Assembly (NCBI RefSeq): GCF_009914755.1
Contig: NC_060925.1
DNA length: 64,000 bases
Strand: one strand, 5' to 3'
Origin: the human T2T-CHM13v2.0 reference genome, Homo sapiens
Of this stretch, positions 59,099 through 64,000 are shown in pieces (the stretch's first letter is position 1; the number at the start of each line of letters is the position of its first letter). The translations under genes and the position numbers were made by a program. Under the pieces are notes generated by a model. The model saw only the letters and a program-made list of their open reading frames with translations. It searched no databases and was not told where the DNA came from.

Positions 59099-59967
59099 GT
59101 GAGCCACACACTGTGCAGCCTCCTACCCACCGCTGCCTGGTGGTGTGCAGAGGTGTTGAGGCCCAGCTGGCCTTCCCTGGACATGGGCAGTTTCTCCAGC
59201 ACATCCACACATGCACATACAGTACACACACAGGGTGGGTGGAGCAGGTAAGTGGAACCACTCCACCTGACTTGCACCCCCACGGGCTGTCAGCACTTGG
59301 CAGGACATCCCAGTCCTCAGATACCAGAGGTTTGAGGGTAAGAACTGAACACACTGGGGCTGGGACTAGCCCAGCAATGGGACTGAGGGCCTGGGTGGCG
59401 GGGGCAGGTGAAGGGGGCAAGGCTTAAGTCCAGAAGGCAGTGACAGCTCCCAAACCAACAGACCCTAGAGCAGGAAGCCCCAGGGTCAGGGATGGGACAA
59501 GCAAGATGGGTAAGCTCTCTAGTGGCTGCTGGGAGCCTTGAGTCCTAGAGCCTCCTGTCCCGTTCCCCTTTTCTTGCTTTCCTGGTATAGCCCCAAGCTC
59601 GGCCCACTTTTCCCTCTCCCCTGAAGCCTGCCTAAACACCACTACCCCTTGGGGAACCTTTACCCTAGAATGTCATCTTACCAAAGCTCCCTCCTCACCA
59701 CCCACGCCTGGCACCCAAGCCTTTCCATGGCCCTGTTTTCCTGGGGAAGTGTCAGGGCCTAGATAGAGATGCTGGAGAGTCTCAGGGCCCAGCTACCCAT
59801 TGTATGGTTCAGGCCTTCTCTCAGAAATGCTGCCAGAAGCCCATTGGTCTTCTTCCTCTATCCCAGCCTGGTCCTGGACAAGGGCGTGGGGTCAAGGGCC
59901 AAAGGAGCAGGGAAAGAGACCTGGTGGGCAGCTCTCTGTACAGAGGTCTCCGCCTCTCTCCCCTCAG

Positions 59968-60063
59968 CCTCCGCTGCCGCCGCTGCATCATCGTGGGCAA
60001 TGGAGGCGTTCTTGCCAACAAGTCTCTGGGGTCACGAATTGACGACTATGACATTGTGGTGAG
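59968..60063 (+). CDS. ST3GAL3: ST3GAL3 internal coding exon (96 nt), (S)LRCRRCIIVGNGGVLANKSLGSRIDDYDIVV(R); N-terminal half of sialylmotif L
   Basis: Acceptor ctctctcccctcag, donor GAG|gtgagc. C-x-x-C-I-I-V-G-N-G-G...G-x-x-I-D is the GT29 sialylmotif L. Confidence 0.97.
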
Positions 60064-60340
60064 GTGAGCTCCCCAAAATGGCACCTCGGGTGAGTGTCGT
60101 GGCCCCAACCCTTAGTCCTGAGCCCATTGAGAACTGTCTGTCTGGCTAGTTGGGCTGGAGGTCAACGGAAGCCTCAAGAACTCTGGGTTGGAGGGCTTTG
60201 GAACAGACAACTAGCGGGGGCACCTGGGGAGAATAGGTCCAGGTGACCTGGACTCCCTATTCTCCATGCCTGGGATAGTCTGGGGTCATGGTGCCTTCCC
60301 AAACACAGGCCCAGGCTCTGAGTGGGCCTGCTCTCTGTAG

Positions 60341-60527
60341 ACTGAATTCAGCACCAGTGAAAGGCTTTGAGAAGGACGTGGGCAGCAAAACGACACTGCG
60401 CATCACCTACCCCGAGGGCGCCATGCAGCGGCCTGAGCAGTACGAGCGCGATTCTCTCTTTGTCCTCGCCGGCTTCAAGTGGCAGGACTTTAAGTGGTTG
60501 AAATACATCGTCTACAAGGAGAGAGTG
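60341..60527 (+). CDS. ST3GAL3: ST3GAL3 internal coding exon (187 nt), (R)LNSAPVKGFEKDVGSKTTLRITYPEG...KYIVYKERV; C-terminal half of sialylmotif L
   Basis: Acceptor ctctctgtag, donor GTG|gtaagc. RLN..P..GFE.DVGSKTT completes sialylmotif L. Confidence 0.97.
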
Positions 60528-63500
60528 GTAAGCTCTCCTGGCACCAGCTTCTTCCCCTCTTGCCCTGGGCTTCCGCAACTCCTAAGCAATCCCGCCCCTT
60601 GAATGCAGCAAAGAACGAGTAAGAACCTTCAAAGGAAACATTAATGACCCAAAGCCAAAATCACCCAATGGCAACCAGGGGGCAAAGAGGTCAGGAGATT
60701 GCCCGGGTTACTGGCCAAACTCCAGGAGCCAATATGCCTGAAACCTGCTACCTGCTTCCAGGTGCCCAGGTGCAGATCCTTTCTCAGCCTTCTGTAGCCA
60801 GACCCCAGCAGCCCCAGGGGCCCTTCCCTGGCCTTAGATCTCCTGGCCAAGGGAAGCTCTGTCTCTCAGGCCAGCCTTCGTATCACTCCCAATCTTTCTA
60901 CTTTCCTGCCCTGACCTTGTAGCTGCCTCCCTTGCACCCTCTTCTCCTCTGTAAGGTCTCTCTGGCTCTGGTCTTAGGGGTCCCTGCCCTCTTTCTCAGC
61001 CTGGGTTCTGCAGGGACAGCAGACCCCTCAACTTGAGAGTGCCAGCTCCCAAACTTAGAAGTCCTGGCCTGTTTCCACTTTGTACTTTTACCACTGACTT
61101 ATAGTTGAATTCCCAACCTGCCACTGAGTCTGATCATTGGGAATGATCAGGTTCTACTGACTGTTCTAAGCAGGTAAGGGTCTGGGCCCATTTCTTTAGG
61201 GAGCTTATGTGGCAGAGTAAGGTCAACTGCTCTTTAGGAGACCACCACTGAGTTCCCTCCCGAGACCTCTACTTCCCAGCTCTGGGCCTACAGGGACATC
61301 CGTGAACTTGTCCAGGCCCACTCCCCCACAACCAGCTGTCACCAGCAGCCCCAGGGGTGGGGTACTGCAGAGCTCAGACCATTCATCTTCTAATACCCAA
61401 GCCTCTTGCTAGAGGAGGATGGTGACAGACGGCCCTCTGCCTACAGTGAGAAGCTGATTGTTCTTTCCGGAGGTTTAGAGAAGAGTTGGGAGTGGGAACA
61501 GCTTCCTTTGCCTTTAGGGTCTCAGTGCAATTTGGTTTAACTCCACAGCTCTTTCCCAAGCAAGGCCAAGTACAGGCAGTGTCAAGTAGGTAGCAAGCAA
61601 GAGAGAAGACAGAAGTCAGGTCCAGAAATTCAGGTAGGTGGGACAGTGGGGAAGGGGAATCCATTTCAGAACCAGACTGGATGAGACACCTGGGCTCCAC
61701 AGTGTCCAGTCCACCTCCCCAAAGGGGAGGAAAGGGCCAGGCAGTAGAGTGATGATTTGGCCTTAGCCAGGCCCAACTTCAAGCAGGCCCACTGCCCACA
61801 CAGACCAGGTAAATAACAGCGGTTCCAGGAGTACCCTACTGTTTTCAGAACCCTGGGGACTGAGACACTAGTGTTTTCAGAGTCCCTCTCTTTGCCTTGA
61901 GGGCAGTAGAATTAGGGTCACAGATAGACACTTTTAAGGGAGAATGGTAGGAAATAGAGTCTGTCCTGGTGAACCCCAGTGAGCCTAAGGGCTGCTGTCT
62001 CACTCTGGCCTTCTGCCATCCTCCTTTCACATCGTTTCCTCTGCCCATGGGCACCTGTCACAGCCTCCCTCAGGGCAAGAGCTCCTAAGGGGCAGAGCTT
62101 GATCCCATTGGTTTTTACCCTTCAGTGCTCAGTCACCATAAATGATCTGGAATTGGCTCAAACACCAGTTCCTACTTCCCACTGGACAGACTGGGAAAAG
62201 CCAGGCAGTTCAAATAAGGCCAGGCCAAAGGGGTGGGTCAGAGCCTGTCATGGGTGTTATCACATGTTCCTTCCAAGAACACCAATGTCAGTTAATTCAA
62301 GGTTCTTAAAATTCATCCAAGGGAGTAAGGAAAGAAAGAAGAAAAGGAAGGAAGCCAGCTAGAGTCGGAGAACTCACTATACTCAGGCTACTCAGGAAGC
62401 AGACAGCAGGGCCTTGCTTTTCCCAGGAAGCTGAGGAGCTCTCCGCCTGGCCTGGCCTTGGCAGCAGGCAGATTCAAGGTACCAGCATTGCAGGACGAGG
62501 CACAGGCACAGGCTCACTCTTGATGACATCTGTGTCCGTCCTGGCCACACCCAGGGCTCTAGGACTAGCCTTGTATTGGTGAGAACTCCTACCCAGGGTG
62601 GGTGGGGGTGAGTGGGAAGGGAAGACAGGAGACAGGGAGGAGTCCTCTGAATTACTGTGGGCCTTCCTTGGCTCCAAAGTGAAAGATAATTTGGACCTTT
62701 AGAGTGAGCTGCCAGAGGAATGCCGGGGTTGCCCGTGGCCTCACCTCTCCCATCTCTCAGAGTGGACCTGCCCAGGCCCTTTGGCTGCCCAAGGGACCTC
62801 TTCTTTAGTGTCCTTCTCCACCCCAAGCCCAAGGCTAATGCCTTCCCAGGACCTCACCCATGCTCTGCCTCACTTCCCTGGCATCTGAGACCCAGGAAAA
62901 TGTGAGAGGCTGCTTCTCCAGGTCCCCTCCTGTCTGGTGCCCTAGTCACCAGCTTGTCCTGCTCCTGTAGGGATGTTTCCAGTCATACAGCCTCTGGGCT
63001 TCTGGAGAGCTCTCTGCACCTGTCTGGAGCCTCACCTGCAGAATTCTGGCAGGAGGCAGCTCTGTGTTCTGGAGCCAAGGCCTGGCAGGGCAGGGCTGGA
63101 ACAGGAATTAGGCCTCAGTCACAGCTGCTTCCTGCCACTTACTACATGAGGAGTCTTTTAAAGCCTGTAACTTTCTAGTACCCAGGAGTCCTCATAGGAT
63201 ATGGGAAGGGGCAGGGGGGAAGATGTAGGAAAGGACAGCCAAACAACCCAGAGAACAGCCTGTGCCAGAGCTGGCCTTACCTTCTTCCATCTGAGAACTC
63301 TCCTCTTCATCATTTGTGGCCATTTGGGTCCCTGACTCACTGGACAGTGGCACTGATATCTCCAAACAGGTTACAAAAAGGCTTTGTCTCCCAGATCCCA
63401 GGAGCCGTGGCCAAGCCAGCAAGCAGGTGTAGGAGTTCCCAGCAGGCTGTGTGCTCAGGGCAGCTCAGAAGAGCACCAGCGGATGGGCAAGCACAGCACG

Positions 63501-64000
63501 GAAGCTGAGGCTTGGAGGAAGGGTGGAGCCAGGGACATGGGGGTGCAGCCTCCAGCTCCGGTGCAGGTCTTCTCAGAGGTGCCTCTGCAGTCTTCCCCAA
63601 CACACTCACTCACTTATCAGCTGTCCATGAGGTATTCTCTTTGCAGGCTCTACACTGGCCCCTGGGAATACAAAGAGGAATTAAGCACTATTCCCAACCA
63701 AAGTAGCTCACAGTCTAGTGGGAGAGAGAGTCCCAGAGCTAGAGTTACAGTACAGTGTGGAGGCTGCTATGATGAGGAAGGCCTAATGCAGCTCTGGGGC
63801 AGGTGGGGGACAAAAGAAGGCCTCTTGGAGGAGTCACTCCTGAGCTGGACCCTGAAGGAAGAGTTAGGAGTGAGTGGGTGAAAGGAATTACAAGCAAAGG
63901 GAACAGCATGTGTAGACCCAAGAGACCACGCTCCCTTCAGGAAACTGGAGGTGTGCTGTGTGGATCAAGCATGAGGGTGGTGTGTCAGAGTGTGCTGCCT

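Noticed and set aside
60210-60226. CTAGCGGGGGCACC as a CTCF site
   Set aside because: It lacks the conserved AG and is one base short of the core spacing.
60528-64000. Search for the next ST3GAL3 exon (SASDGFWKSV...)
   Set aside because: I found no matching sequence, so the intron appears to continue beyond the window.

Overview
Primate, almost certainly human, genomic DNA lying entirely inside the ST3GAL3 (beta-galactoside alpha-2,3-sialyltransferase 3) gene on the + strand. Bases 1-55183 are one long intron. Four internal coding exons follow (55184-55278, 59035-59098, 59968-60063, 60341-60527); they splice in frame through GT-AG sites and encode the stem region and sialylmotif L. The intron holds a full-length processed SHMT1 pseudogene on the - strand (about 10245-12782) with a 16-bp target-site duplication (TSD). 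It also contains about 30 Alus, L1/L2/MIR relics, MaLR and ERV LTRs, a Ricksha (MuDR) DNA transposon, hAT MITEs, a G-rich 19-bp minisatellite and several microsatellites. Nearly all ORFs in the supplied track are repeat or chance artefacts. I do not see a demonstrably new biological system. The best leads are: (i) a set of non-productive splice options in ST3GAL3 (a MIR-primed 174-nt stop-containing exon, +26/+32 alternative acceptors, and a perfect donor 42 nt upstream of an exon); (ii) a ~190-bp dispersed direct duplication with a 49-bp identical core that brackets a CTCF-like/TGACAG-rich element; and (iii) the antisense SHMT1 retrocopy carried in the ST3GAL3 pre-mRNA. Repeat subfamily names come from recalled consensus sequences and their boundaries are approximate.
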